Source: Protoeuglena noctilucae (taxonomy: Eukaryota). From it: DNA of 64,000 nt. The notes beneath the pieces are model-generated. The model was not told where the DNA came from. It did no database searches and worked only from the letters and a program-made list of their open reading frames with translations. The stretch is from assembly GCA_958009085.1 (NCBI GenBank), contig OY253683.1, forward strand, positions 186,001 to 250,000, in the 5' to 3' direction. Within the stretch, counting starts at the first letter, position 1; the number at the start of each line of letters is the position of its first letter. Of the stretch, positions 13,352 to 27,100 are shown piece by piece. Position numbers and translations under genes: made by a program.

Positions 13352-14042
13352 GCACCCGCGTGGGCGCAGGGTATGCCGATTGGGCAACGGCTACGATGGA
13401 TTCTAATTGAGAGGCCACAGAATCGGCCGACAAAGGCCATAAAAATCCATTGCTATGCTTCAGGACCGGAGGTGTGTCTCGGCATGCTGAGACAGGGCCG
13501 TCTGTGGCATCGAGACCCTTCTGCGCGTCGACACGACCGGCGCCATCACCAGAGGGGCTTGCGAAAGTATCGCGCCGTCTCACCAGGTGGCCTGGGTGCG
13601 TCATCGTGCGGCGAGACCCTGCGCCTCTGCGGCACAGCCGCCATTCGCGCCTGGGGCTGCCGCCCAGGACCCGCTGTCAGGCCACGGCAACTTGGAACCT
13701 AAAACGCTTCAGACACCGGGCTGGGGAAAAGCAGCGCGACCCCCGCGCTCACGGCGTTAGCCGTGGTGTCTGTGCGACTCAGCCGGGACTTGATCTGGCC
13801 CAAGGTCCCATCCACTGGGCTATATGACATCTGCCACAGGATTGTGCCACGTCTGGATGGCGATGGTGCTGACTGGAGGCGGCTGTCTTCCAATGTTTCC
13901 GACACCACCTTGCAAGTCGTCGAAATCGCTTCCTTCGAAGCCCTCTGCCGTGCACACGTGAAGGAAACGTGACGGGGGATTCTGCAAGTGACAGGGCGAT
14001 TGTCGAACAGCTGGATTGGGTCTGGGAGGGCCTTGTTGAGAG

Positions 14043-16550
14043 ATGAGCGCCCTGTGGGCCTCACCTCTGGCGCGCCTCTGCCCAGGGGGCCACTCGCGAT
14101 GGTCCCGTTTTGTGACTGTGGCCGATCGCCACCATCCTGTGGCATGTCGCGCTCTGGATGTGCGTAGCGAGTCCGAACGCCTAGCTTTGGAGGTCGAGAG
14201 CGCCAGGCTCCAATTCGAGGCAAGCAAGACTCGCCTAGCGGAGCTGGAAGCGAAGATGGCTGAAGTCAAGGCCGCAGAGACTGCGGACGCGACGAGGAGG
14301 CAGCAAGCGGAGGCGGAGGCGGGCGAGGACGAGGAGGACTCGGGTGCGTGCGCGCCCGGGACGCCCGCGCGGTTGCAACTCGGATTTGGAGAGCATGACG
14401 TGAAATGTGATTCGCTTGCCGTTCCTGGCGCAGAGAGCGAGTCGTCGCGCGGGAGCTCGGGGCCGACGACGGGCTTCTTCCTGAAGAAGCGCAAGACACG
14501 GCTGAAGAAGCGCAGCAGCTCGATGGGCAGGCTGGCGTCTGCGCAGCGAACGGACGAGATTCGGCAGGAGCGCGACATGGGAACCGCGGAGGCCGTGGAT
14601 GTCGTGTCGCCGCTGCTGAGCTCGGATGGGTTTGGGTTCGTGTCGGCCCCACCGAACGACGAGCTCAGCAAGGAGGACGCCCGGGACGCGTACAACGTGG
14701 GTGTCGAGGGAGATGATGCGCTGTGCATGCTTCCCAAGCCCATCTTTGTGGTTTCCGACTGCACGGGAGAGTCGGCGTGCAACACAGGCGAGCGGAGACC
14801 GCGCTGCCGCGTGATGGCCGCCAACCTCGCTCAGCTGCGAGATGGTGACTTTATTAAGGGTCCCAATCATCGTGGCGCTCGCAGTCAAGGCGGCGCTGGG
14901 TCAGTTCGAGGCCCTGGTGTCCACCTGCATTCCCGCGAATCTGATCATCTTCCGTTTCGTGGCGGACCGGCACAAGATCTTCGAGATCGTGCGACGAGCT
15001 CAGAGGGAGGACGCCCTCGTGGTCTTCACTCTGGCAAGTGTACACCTGCAAGACACGTGCACCTTGTCTCGCTCGTCGCCAGCGCGTGCACCCGCGGGAC
15101 GGGGCCTTGTGGGATGCACCAGATGCCCGCCGCTCCACGCAGGCGGACCCCGAGATGGCCAAGGCGATGATTAGCGCCGCCAAGCTGTACCGGGTGGCGT
15201 GGGTCGACCTCTGGACGTACCTCATTAACGCGCTGGAGGTGACGCGGCCGTTGCGTACCTCCCACCGGGGCTGCCGGGGCTGCCGCGATAAACAATCGCG
15301 ATGTTCGTTTACGATGATCGTTCAGCGAATTGTCATGGCGCCTTTCTGCTCCGCCCCTGCAGAGCCATTTGGAGCAGGTGCGCATCGGCAAGCCCCTCAC
15401 GGAGATATCCCGGAAGAAGGTTCTGGACAAGGACTACTTCAAGCTCATCGAGGCCGTGGAGTTCACGAGGTGCGGCGAGTGACTCGTTGAACTCTGCGTA
15501 ACGCAGCACCGCGCCCGTGCGTGTGACACCACAGCGAGAGGAGGGAGGCAGTGGGTGCGCCTGGATTACAACACCTGTCGTGTTTGTCTTGCAGGAAGAT
15601 GGACGACGGGGCCAACCCGCACCACTGGAAAGATGCTGACCTGTTGATACTGGGCGTGTCGCGGTCCGGCAAGACCCCGCTGTCCATCTACCTGGGGCAG
15701 CGGGGGTACAAAGTCGCCAACCTGCCCCTGGTGCCGGGCCTGCCGCTGCCCAAGGCAAGGCGGGGTGTCGTGCTTGCCGGTGCATACGCTCAGAAGATGC
15801 CAGCACAGCTGTGCTTGGTCGTTGCGGGAACAGCGCGCGGTTTATGTCATTGGTGCCAACAAAGACGGAGCTTGTCGCGCGATTACTGTCTTAAACAGGT
15901 CTCTGTCTCTCTCTATCTCTGCAGGAGCTGAAGGAAGTGGACGGTCGCAAGGTGGTGGGCCTGATCATCGATCCCAAGACGCTGTCCAACATCCGCGCGA
16001 ACCGCATGAGCGTCATGGGCGTGGAAGGGGAGCAGACGGCGTACAACAACTTGCGGGTGCGTCACGTGTGGTGTGCAGCTTGGACTGTGTTCCACAATTG
16101 CACAGCTTGTCAACCTCTCATTGGCTCTTGAGGACTGTCCTTGAGAGCCTGAGCGGGTCGCACCAGCCAGGCGTGCCTGTCGAGCGATGGGAGGTACCTA
16201 ACTCTCGATACCGGACTTGCCTGGCGCGCAGAAGATCGAGGAGGAGGTCGCATGGGCCAAGAAGCTGTACCAGGACCACCCGGACTGGCTGGTGCTGGAC
16301 GTGACCTTACGGTGAGAGAATGAAGTGGATGCCTGCCAACTGCATAGCGCCGCTGCTCGGGGATGTCGTCGCACCATCTCCCGCAACTGCTTCGGGGTGG
16401 CCATGATGCAATCTTATGCTCATGTCGCGCCGCAGGGGCGTAGAGGAGACGGCAGCTCGGATCCTGCGTGCTATGTCGGACCGGACGGGCGACGTGCACC
16501 CGCTTTGGCAGCAGGGCGTCAAGATTATGCAAGGAGTGGCACTGGATTGA
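14043..16550 (+). CDS. PDRP1: Chloroplast pyruvate,phosphate dikinase regulatory protein (bifunctional kinase/pyrophosphorylase, DUF299 family)
   Basis: Motifs [44 protein letters not shown] (P-loop), [10 protein letters not shown] and [15 protein letters not shown] are present. There are 7 predicted introns, three with GC donors. Stop TGA at 16548-16550. Confidence 0.93.
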
Positions 16551-17055
16551 TGCCATCGCTCTGCATTGCGCTATGTGGGCTGGTAGTGAGCGGGTGACTT
16601 GGAGGGCGTGGTGCTGTGCGTGGCGGAGCACGGGGCAGACCTGGTCAACACGGGCGGGGAGCCTGGCAAGGTGCAGAGATGCGTGGAGGAGCTGCGGCGG
16701 CGGCGGCTGGGCGAAGGTGGCAGTGGCCGCTGACGCCGAGCGGAGGCGCAGGAGCGTGTGTATCGCATGGATAGCCATGTCGCTGCAAGAGCGCTTTGCT
16801 GCGAGGGCGTGGATAGCCATGTCGCTGCGAGATGGCGCTGCGAGAGCGCTTCGCTGCGAGAGCATGTCTCATGTCAGGTTGAAGTTCCACCTGTAGCTGA
16901 GGTGCCGCCGAGGCACTTCGTCCTCATCTTGCTCTAGGTCCTTCGTGAGCACTCCATTCAACCATCTGCATCGCCAGGCGCGGCGCGGCATGCCCGAGGC
17001 AGCAGGGCTGCTCCCTCGCGCCGCGCGCCACCCGGCCGTCGGTCCGCGCCTGTCT

Positions 17056-19807
17056 CTAGATCGTGAGCCCCGCGGGCATGCCCGAGGGGTTGAAGCCCAC
17101 GTTGTCCTTCTCCTTGCGCTTCTTGCCCCCGTTGAGCAGCGCCGCCAGGGCGCTCTCCTCCTCCTCCGGCGCCTCGACCATCACCGCCTCGGTCGTGAGC
17201 ATGATGGCCGCGATGGAGCAGGCGTTCTGGATCCCCGACCGCGTCACCTTGGCCGGGTCGATCACGCCGGCCTCCAGCATGTCCACGTACGTGTCGTTCA
17301 TCGCGTTGTACCCCATCTCGAACGGCTTGCCCACCAGCTTCTCCGCTACCACCTCGCCGTCCACCCCCGCGTTCTGCGCAATCTGCTTGCACGGCGCCCG
17401 CAGCGCCTTGATCACGATGTCCACCCCGATGCGCTCCTCCTCGTCCGTCACAGAGTCCCGGAACGTCTCCAGGTACTCGGAAAGGTGCAGGTGAGCCGCA
17501 CCGCCCCCGGGGACAATGCCCTCCTCCACTGCGGCACAAGACGACATGAGTGTCCTTGTCGCATGCGCATGAGCAGGTGCCGACACGCAGAGCACAGCCA
17601 TTGCAAGAACGCTGCCAGTCGTGCTCTCTCTCTCTGCAACGACGGCCTCCCCCGCACCCTCAGCTCGCAGTGGCGCTGCGGCAAACTCACCCGCCGCGAA
17701 CGTGGCGTTCTTGGCATCCTCGACGCGCAGCTTGCGGTCCTCCACCTCGGCCTCCGTGAAGCCCCCGACCTTGATCACCGCCACCCCGCCCGCCAGCTTG
17801 GCGATGCGCTCCGACAGCTTCTCCGTGTCGTACACCGAGTCCGTCTGCGGCGATTGAGCAAGGACAGCCGTTACCAACATCGCTCATGGCGCCCGCCCAG
17901 GCATGGTGGCAGCATGCCGGCACCCGCAGCGCGTACATGGCACAGCTGCTGCCGGCGACCCAGGCGCAGGCGTCCCACGCACCTCTGCGAGCTCCTTCTT
18001 GAGCTGCGCGACGCGCATCTCGATCTCGTCCTTGGACGCCTGGTCGGCGATGAGGGTGGTGGTGGTCTGCGCGATGGTCGCCTTCCGGGCCACGCCGAGC
18101 TGGTCCATGGTGACCTGAGCCAGAGACATGGCCAGGTCCTTGGCGATGAACTCGGCCCCCGTCACGATGGCGATGTCCTGCAGGAGGGCCTTGCGGCGCT
18201 CCCCGAACCCGGGCGCCTTGATGGCGCAGACCTTGAGGATGCCCCGGAGCTTGTTGACCACCAGGGTGGCTAAGGCGTCGCCCGCCACGTCCTCCGCGAT
18301 GATCAGAAGCGGCACGTTGGCCTGCGAAGCGCGGGGAGCGGCGCGGTGACTGACGCGGCAACCAACGGGCGAGGGTTAGCATCGCGGCGCACCTGCACCC
18401 AGCTGTCGACCTCTCATCTCGCTGTGAGCGTGACTGAGACTCACCCGCGTGACCTGCTCGAGGATGGGGACGAGATCGCCGACGCTGTCGACCTTCTGGT
18501 CGGTCACCAGCACGCGGCAATTGTCGAACTCGCAGAGGGAGCGCTCCGTGGTCATGAACTGGGGAGAGATGTAGCCCCGGTCAATCTCCATGCCCTCCTG
18601 GACCTCGATCGTCGTCTCGAACGAGCTGCTCGTCTCGATCGAAAGCACGCCGTCGGCGCCCACCTGCGAGGGGCGCACACGGGCGAGCGTGGAAACCTCG
18701 CATGTGCGTCGCGCGATGCGAACACACGCACCCGCACACGCAAGGGCGCCGCGCGCGCACCTTGTCCAGCGCGTCCGCGATCATCTGCCCCACGACGTCG
18801 TCGTTGCCCGCAGAGATGGAGGCCACGTTGCGGATGTCGTCACGGCCCCGCACGGGCTTGGCCATCTCCTTGAGCTTGGCCACCACGTGGTTGCAGGCCT
18901 TCTCGATCCCGCGCTTCACCACCATCGCGTTGGCGCCCGACGCGACCGCCTGGACGCCGGCGCGGGCCATGGCGCGTGCGAGGATGGAGGCCGTCGTGGT
19001 CCCATCGCCCGCTGCGTCGTTCGTGCGGCCCGCCACCTCCTTCACCAGCTGCGCCCCCGCGTTCTCGACCGGGTCTTCCAGCTCGATCGCGCGGGCGATG
19101 GAGACGCCGTCGTTGATGACCTGGGGCACGCCGAAGGCCTGCTCCAGCACCACGTTGCGCCCGCGCGGGCCCACCGTCGAAGCCACCGCGTCCACCACCT
19201 TGTCGATGCCCCTCAGCAGGCGCTTCCTGTGCAGAGGGAACGAACGGCGGTCACGGCGTCCGCGGCGGTGCTCCGCGTCGCCGCCGGAAGCGCGGGGCGC
19301 GGCGGGGCGGTGGATAGGCGCCCAGAAAGTGCTGGAGACGCTTTGCCGCCTCCCCCCCGCTCGCACGCGCGCCGGGACGTGGCGAGCGCCCGGTGCGTGG
19401 CGGAAACGAAATTACTCGAGCGTTTGGCAGGGGCTGCTGCCCGCATGGCGCGGCAGCGGCGTCGCGGCGGGGCCCGGCAGCAGTCGCCCACCTTGACTCA
19501 TCCCCGTACAGGATCTGCTTCGCCTCCGCCTGCGCGGTCAAGCGAGCAAAGCGGGCCTTGCCCCTGGGCGCCTGACGAGCCGGGGCGCCTGCGAGCGCGG
19601 GGAGGGGGCCGGTTGCCGGGTTCTCGAACACCGCCGCTGGGCCGCGCGCCGGGGCCCTCTGCGACGGCCCGGCCGCCGCACGAAATCCATCGACGCGCGC
19701 CGGGCAGTTGTGACGCGCCAGGGCCCCGGCGCGCACTATAAAGGCCGGCGGAGGGCCGGGCACCCACCCGTGAGCGCGGGCGTCGCGATGGCCGCAGCTC
19801 CCGTCAT
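17056..19807 (-). CDS. CPN60A: Chloroplast chaperonin 60 alpha subunit
   Basis: Motifs [71 protein letters not shown] and VIDPAKVTR are present, with an alpha-type C-terminus GMPAGLTI*. A transit-peptide-like N-terminus starts [13 protein letters not shown]. Confidence 0.95.
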
Positions 19808-20033
19808 TCTCGCGCGCTCAACAGGCACAAGAAGAACTGGGTCCCGCAGCAGGGGGCCAGGGACGCGAAGCGGGAGCCACCCACCAGAAACACGTCAGAT
19901 GGGCTGGTGACGAGACGATTAAGGGGGTTCGAGACGACGTGCTGTGCTATTCTGATAGAAAGGGTTTCTCTGATTGCCTGGCTAACGCTGTTCTGATCGA
20001 AGGGGGCACCAACCCTCTGGATTGCCTGGCAGG

Positions 20034-20668
20034 ATGGCGCCCGCAGGATGGCGCCCGCCCAGCGGCGAGGCGCAGCTCGTCATCCAGGCGCTGGGGCTGG
20101 TGCCGCATCCCGAGGGAGGCTTCTTCCGAGAGACGTTCCGCTCTGGAACCGCCCCCATGGTGTCAAAGGTGCCCCAGTCTGCCCTGGCGCCCACATGTGC
20201 TTTCCTGGGCTGCTGCAGGTGGTGTGAGCAGGGACCTTGGCTTCCACCCGGTCAACACAGGGCGCGACGGTGGAAGTGGATGACCGGGACGCCCTCATCG
20301 CCACGTCACGGAGCCGCTCGGAGGGCGACACGGGAAACCGCAACATCCTGACCTCGATCTACTGGATGCTGACGGCAGAGGACCAGTGCGGGTGCTGGAT
20401 CGACAACCTGAGCACGCACATCCACTACCACCATGGGGGAGGGCCCATCCGCTACCACATCGTCGATCCGGTCACGGGCCGGTACGAGACGAGGCTGCTG
20501 GAACCGCCCACGTGCGCGGGCGCCGAGCCCCAGCTGGTGGTCCCGGGTGGCGTGTGGAAGGTTAGCCGGCTGGAAGATGGCGCAGAGTACGCGCTCATCG
20601 GGGAGGCCGTGGCGCCGGGATTTGACGCCAGGGACCTCGTCCTGGTCACGGCCGAGATGCTGCGGTGA
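20034..20668 (+). CDS. DUF985 (Cupin_5) family cupin
   Basis: Motifs LGLVPHPEGGFFRETFRS, TSIYWML, HYHHGGGP, PQLVVPGGVW and GEAVAPGFD are present, with one intron near 20169-20260. The 3' end may continue past a donor near 20665. Confidence 0.88.
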
Positions 20669-20982
20669 GCTTTAGGCGGAGCTTTGGGTAATAATGCTTG
20701 AAACCACCCCAGGTGTTGGATTGGCGATTGTGTCGAGCTGGTGACGTGTTGAGTCGGTGCGCTCGCATGACACAGGACCGCTCACATCCTGGTGCCGATG
20801 CAGGGGGGCGTCGCCAGAGGCGTTCGAGGCGGCGGGGGCGTTGCTGCACGAGCGGCTGAAAGCGGGCAGCACCAAGACCTGGGTCGATCACTATGATTGA
20901 ACCGGTTCTCTGCGCATCGGCAGCGAGTCGCAGGAACGTGCTATTTCTACGCAAATTGTATGGCCATGGTGGCGCAGCATTG

Positions 20983-22144
20983 TTACGCCCAGACAGGCCG
21001 CTTGCGTGCGGGCTGCAGGTCCTTAAGAGACACGGTGTTGAGCCGCGCCGCGAGGATGAAGTCGTTGAGAGACACACCCTGGGCCTCCTTGGTGCTCAGC
21101 CCCAGGATGACGCTCGTGTCCGTCAGCGCCGCCTTGGCGATGGGGTGCCCCACGGACTCGGCCATCACCTGAAAGCGACCCAGCGCAGCCTTGGCCGACT
21201 CGGCGTCCTTGGCCTTGAACTCCTGCGGGGTCGGCAGGACGAGGGCCGCAGGTGTGAGGAGACGCGCAGCCGCGATGCCGAGGTTTGATCTGCCAAGGCC
21301 CAGCCCCTCCCGGTACTGAGCATTCAAGCGGTCGGCGCGGATCGATGACTCGCCTGCTGCAGCATGAGGACGTCTCCCTCCACCGCCACGCGCCACCCAG
21401 GCACCCTGCATTTCTTCAGCAGGCACTCCTCCTCAGACAATGCGTCCCGACCGTTCTCCGGCTGCAAGCAACGACGAATCGGCACGTTGTCATCTGAGCA
21501 TGCGACGGGCACAGGAGGCGGGGCGCGGGGCGCGCGGGCCGCACAGCAGCGCCTCTGGGCCCTGCGGCCGCACCGAGACCTCCATGGCGGCCAGCCCGAT
21601 GAATTGCGCCATGCCCGAGGGCGGCTTGACCACGTGGAGAGTGTCTGCATTTCCCTGCGTAAGAGGACAGCTCAGCGCAGGGTCGTCGGCCGCGCTCGGC
21701 CCCGTGCCACCGCAATCCAAAAGTCTAGAGGGTTCCACCCCTCACCAGCGACTTGGCGCCGAACCCCGTCACAAGCTCCCCCTCAAACGCATCACGTGCC
21801 CCCAAATTCTCCCCGAAGAGCGTGCGCTCCACGTTCAGCGAGCCCACCGAGTCTGCGTCCCGAGAACGACAGGGAGGAGTTGTGAGCGCGGACAGCGACC
21901 GATTCCGCTCTGCAGCCAGCCCGCGGAGCCACACAGTGAGCGCACGTCTGTAGACCCGCAAATGAGCGCGGGGAAAGCCAGAGATATGGAGCGCGGGAGC
22001 AGATAAGCTGTCGCGGCACGCCTCACCATGATGCGGCTGCGACTCCGCGCGGCAGAAGACCCGCCGCTGCCGGAAGGACACCGGCCGAGCGGAAGTCGTG
22101 GCGGACGTGCCGGCCACGGCGGGTGCGGCGCGGACGAAGGACAT
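20983..22144 (-). CDS. RAF2: Rubisco accumulation factor 2 (pterin-4a-carbinolamine dehydratase-like), chloroplast
   Basis: A transit-like N-terminus MSFVRAAPAVA is followed by LGARDAFEGELVTGFGAKSL|GNADTLHVVKP, VPGWRV, AESVGHP, GVSLNDFILAARLN and the C-terminus RKRPVWA*. These match the plant RAF2/SDIRIP1 pattern. Confidence 0.85.
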
Positions 22145-22373
22145 GGGCGGCAGTGTGATGGGCGGCTGCGCGAGAACTTCAAAGCACGAGGCCGGGTGCA
22201 AGCGCGAGAGCGACAATGACATGCTAATGGACCGGCGTTGGGACCGCGCGACAGGGATGGGGACATCTCATGGAACTGGCAAGGGCTGGCAGGGCAACCT
22301 GGGCCAGCGTTCATCTGCAGCCGCATGTAACGACCACTCTCTTTCACGATGACTGAGAGGCGGCGCTGGAGCC

Positions 22374-23874
22374 TCAGTCGTCCTCGATGTAGGGCAGGAT
22401 GTAGTCCTCCAGCCGGTATGCGTCGCTGCTGCTGACGGTCCCCTGGGCACCCGACTTGAACTCCGCGGCGACCTCCGCGTCGTTGCCGCCCAGGTCGGCG
22501 ATGAGCGGTCTGCGACGGGGCAGGGCAGGGGCGAGACAGTTCACCACGTGGAAAGGTGGAAGGCATTTGGTGGGATCGGTGCGGGTGATGAGACCTGGGG
22601 CTGCAAGGACTGGCTTAGGCCCCTTGTTCGGTCGCAGAAGCATGCTGATGGGTTGCCGAGGTCGTGATCAATGTGAGGTCTTGTTGGCTCACCGGGGCGG
22701 CACGGAGGGGTACTCCATGAAGGGCGGGACAACCTCGGGGTCGGCGCGAGGGGCGCGGCGGCGGAGGATGGGGACCCACCAGGGCGGGCCAGTGGCGAGC
22801 ACCTGGAGGAAACAGGGTAAGAGATAAGGTCAGCAGACTTGCGACAAGTCGAGTTCGGCAATGGCATGGCAACGCGGTGCAATCATAATTTGCAATGCCG
22901 GGCTCTCTTTTGCACCTGATCCCACGCGGGGGTGACCCGCTCGATGACCTTCGTTCCCCGGCACGACGGGCACCGCACGCACCCAGCCGCTGCAGGCAAG
23001 GGGCGAGGCGTCGGTTGGTCTGGGCTGCCAGGGAAGCGACGCATGCAGGCACCGGCCTCCTAGGCTCCTAGTCTCACTCGGCGCGTAGTTGTGCACTTTG
23101 TGCGTCTTGTTGCCCATGGCGTACTTGAAGTTGTCGATGATTTGCACTGCAGGGAGTGCAGGAAGGCGCAACTGCATCAGCCGCGCGACGGCCAGCTCTC
23201 ATAAAGAGGGGCCCTGGCGCGCCGCAAAGCTCACGTGTGCCCGCCTCGTCGTCCTCGTACAAGTTGAGATCGTTGTCATGCTTCGTCTCGTCGCCGCAGT
23301 GGAAGCATCGGTAGGTGTCAGCAGCGCTCCGATGGAACCTGCGTTTGAACACGCGGCGAGCTCCATCGCCTGGTGCCGGGTCGCATTATATCAGTAACAC
23401 CGCGGCTGCGCCGAGCTCCGGCTCCCCCGACGCGCGGGAGGGCGCGGGGCGGCGGATAGCTGCAGCCCCCACCGGGACAGGAGGGCCAAGGGCCGGGCGG
23501 GCGTGAGGCGCAGCGTCGCGGTGCCGCGGCAGAAGGGGCACGTGATCATCCCCGTCCCGCGGCACTTGGAACACTCGCTCTGGTAGATTTGGCGCCACAG
23601 GTCCCGCACTTGCGCCCCGACGACCATGAAGGACGCGACCTGCACCGAGGCGGGGCCACAGCTCCATGTTGAGGTCTCCGAGCGACTGAGATATGAGTAG
23701 TGAAGCCGCAGACGCGCTTCTTGACCACGAAAGCGCAGCGGGCAGTCCGCTGAGCGTCCATCTTTCCCAGGGCAGTCTTCCACCCCCGCCAGGCGCTCGC
23801 GTCGCCGATGCAGCCCTCCTCACCGTGGTAAGGCCACGGACGATGTCCAGGATGGCGTCGGGGGCGTTCTCCAT
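22374..23874 (-). CDS. DnaJ-type (CxxCxGxG) zinc-finger protein without a J domain
   Basis: Spliced exons give CSKCRGTGMITCPFCRGT, CFHCG and CVRCPSCRGTK. The protein starts MENAPDAILD and ends EDYILPYIEDD*. Confidence 0.7.
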
Positions 23875-24163
23875 CCCGCCGCCCCGCTCTTCTCCGGTCG
23901 CCCGTGGGTGCTTTGCAAACTTCTGCTTCTCCCCGCGATGGCGCCGTTTCCAGTGAGATTGGGACGCCCAATGCGTGCACAAAGCTACTGCGTGATCATC
24001 AAACTCGCGAACTGCCGTCTCTAGGAAGGCACGCATCGGTCCATACAATGGACTGGCGCGCGGGAGCCGCCAGTGGGCCCAATCCTCGCTTTCGAAGCGG
24101 TCGCATCGTTCCACTACCTACTCTTCAACGTCCTATGCATATCGCGGCGCAGAAATGCCCTAT

Positions 24164-27100
24164 CTACCGAATCTTGGCCCCCACCACCGTCTTGAGCGTG
24201 CAGGCGCCCGCGGCCGTCGCCAGCGCCTTGCCCCGGTACGTCACGACGCGCGATGCGTCCGAGGAGCACTCGGCGGACACCGCCTCGAAGATCTTCTTCT
24301 GCAGCCATGGACCGCCAGCAGCCGTTTACGTCGCAGAGCGAGCCGAGCAGGCGCACGCATGCATGCACGTGCACTCTGATGCTCGCCTTCGGGTTCAGCT
24401 GCTCGTCGGGCTCTCCGGGGAAGCCCTCCACGGAAACCCGGTCGCCGGGCTGGGCGCCCGCGGGAGGCTCGACCAGCTCCACCGTCGCCCCATCCGCCGA
24501 CTCCCCGCACAGGACCATCGCTTGCGACTCCACCCCGCGCATCTTGGCGGCCTTCAGGTTGCACACGCACACCACGCTCCTGCGACCAAGCAAAGCGACC
24601 GACCTCACACCACCACCTCAACTTGTGCGACACCACTACCCCGCCACCCCATACATCTCCTGCAGCCCAACCCACTGCAGGCGCGACCCACCTGCCCTGC
24701 ATCTGCTCCTCGGGGATGTACTTGACCAGGCCCGAGACGACCTGGCGGGGTTTGCCCTCCCCGAGGTCAATCTCCTCGATGTACAGAGACTCGGCGTCCG
24801 GGTGCTTCCAGGCCTTGAGGATCTTGCCCACACGCAGGTCCACGCGAGACAAGTCCACGGCGCGGTCGTCCTCCGCGGCCTTCTTGCCGCCCTCCTTAGC
24901 GCCCTTCCCACCCTCCTTAGCTCCATCGACGTTGCCCTTGCCCTTGCCGCCCTCCTTGGCACCCTTGCCACCCTCCTTGGCACTGCTCTCCTTGCCCTTG
25001 CCCTTCGCGTCGGGAGCCTTGTCCGTCGGCTTGGCTGCAGGGCCGTCCGCCACCACCTGCGCGCCCCCGTACCTCGCACGGAGCTCCTCGACCCTCTCGT
25101 TGGAGATGATCTGCAATGATATAAGATAAGCGTGGCATATAAGGGGTTCGGGTAACAGCACCCTGAAATGCGCTGCAACAACAGGCTGGGCTCTTGCGGG
25201 GCGGAGAGACGGAGCGAGAGAGACAAAGAGACCGGGGCTGATAGCGGGACTGAGAGCAAGCTGTGGGCAGGCAGCGGGACTGAGAGCAAGCTGTGGGCAG
25301 GCAGCGCGTTCACCTGGAAGAGGGGCGCCGGTGCGCCAATCACGTGGCCCTGGGGCACGCACGCCGAGAGGTCATGCGTCCGGTCGATGAACGCCGCGTC
25401 CAGCCGCGTGCACTGCGGGAGGGGGCAGAGCAGAGTCTGGTGCTCAGAAAGCGTGTTGGCGCGCATGGCTCTTTGCATACGATGACAACTGAGCTCGACA
25501 GTACGACTTGACGTCACAACTTGCGAAATACACAATCACGCTTGCAACAAAGCCAGACCCAGTCTGCCCCTCTCCCCACGCCCCTCACCTCGTCCCAGTC
25601 CAGGTTCATCTGCGCGAGGATCTTGCGGGTCAGCGACGGCATGTAGGGCTGCACCAGCGAGGCCAGCACGGCCGTCAGGCCCAGCGCCCCCAGCAGCACC
25701 CCGCCCGCGTGCTCGGGGTCCGTCTTGGCAATCTGCGCATAGGCCGCACCACGCGATGGTTGTTCTCACGACCGTCAGTGAGTCCCTAAGTGACTCTCAC
25801 ACGTGGGCGACGTGTCGCACACCGGCCTCGTCCCAGAGCCCGGCAAAGCAAAGGCAAGGTTGCCATGCCACCCCATGCGCATAGCTGCACAGGTCGCAGG
25901 CTATACAGGACAACCCCACCAGCCACGCATCCACTCACGTCCCAGTGCTTGTTGTCCTGGAGGTACTTGTTCCCCACTGCCGAGATGGACATAACGGTCC
26001 TGATGCCCTCCTTCAGCCGCACCTTCTCCAAAGCATCGACGTACTCGACCGTCAGCTCGTGCACTGCGGTCGCGCGATGAGGCCGCGCAAGACATAATAT
26101 CGTGCAGCTGGCAGAGACTAGACAAGTCAGCATCGAATAGCATGGTCATGAGCCAACGCTAGATTATGACGAGATGACTCGTACTCTGCTGTCGGCGAGC
26201 GTCCTGTGCACCACGACGTGTCAAAATGAAACCCCCACGCCACGTCGCGCATGCAAGCCGAGCCCAGCGCCCCTCACCCTTCTGGCTCATCTCAGCGACG
26301 ACCGCGGCCGCCTTGGGGCTGGGAGCGGGCACGCGCCCCCCCAGCCGCGCCGCGCAGTACGACAGCGTCCGGTTGACGAAGTTGCCCAGGTTGTTGAGCA
26401 GCTCCGAATTGTTCTTCGCCGCCAGGTCGTCCCAGCGGAAGTCCGTGTCGGCCGTCTCTGGGCGGTTCACCAGGAGGTAGTACCGCCACACCTGAGATGC
26501 AACGACGCGCGGCCACGTCACAACACGCTGCCACTGCGTTTGTGACCTCAAACCCCAGACACCAGCACATGCTGTCCTTTCCCATTCATGCATGCCGCCT
26601 CATCTACGACCCGAGTCCCTCCCACCCACCCCACCCCATCCACATCCAAGTCACACACCCGTGTCTCGCCCCACTCCCGGCTCCCTCCCTGCCCCACCTC
26701 CTGCCCCACCTCCCGCCTCTCCTCACCTCCGGCGGGATGCCCGTGTCCTTGGCGTCGTTGCCAAAGACGCCCGTGCCCCGGGACTTGGAGAACTTGCCGC
26801 CCTCGTAGTTCAAATACTCGGTGACGGAGATGCTGCGCATCATGGTCCAGTCCCGCCCCGTGCCCAGCTGAGTGCAGGGGAAGATGACCGTGTGGAACGG
26901 CACGTTGTCCTTCCCCATGAACTGCACCAGCTCCACGTCCTCGGGGTTGCGCCACCACCGCTCCCAGTCGGGCGTGTAGTTGGCTGCGGGCGGGGGAGGA
27001 CAGCTGATCATCGTGCTCATCGCGGTGGCAGCCGAGCGCGGCGGCAATGCACGCAACGAGCGACGATAGTACTATGAGCTGATGCTTCCCATGACTGAAC

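Noticed and set aside
16765..16830. Duplicated tggatagccatgtcgctgc downstream of PPDK-RP
   Set aside because: There are only two copies in a UTR or intergenic region, consistent with ordinary slippage.
16945..19741. Long + strand ORFs opposite the chaperonin gene
   Set aside because: They are antisense shadows caused by strong GC3 codon bias in a highly expressed gene.
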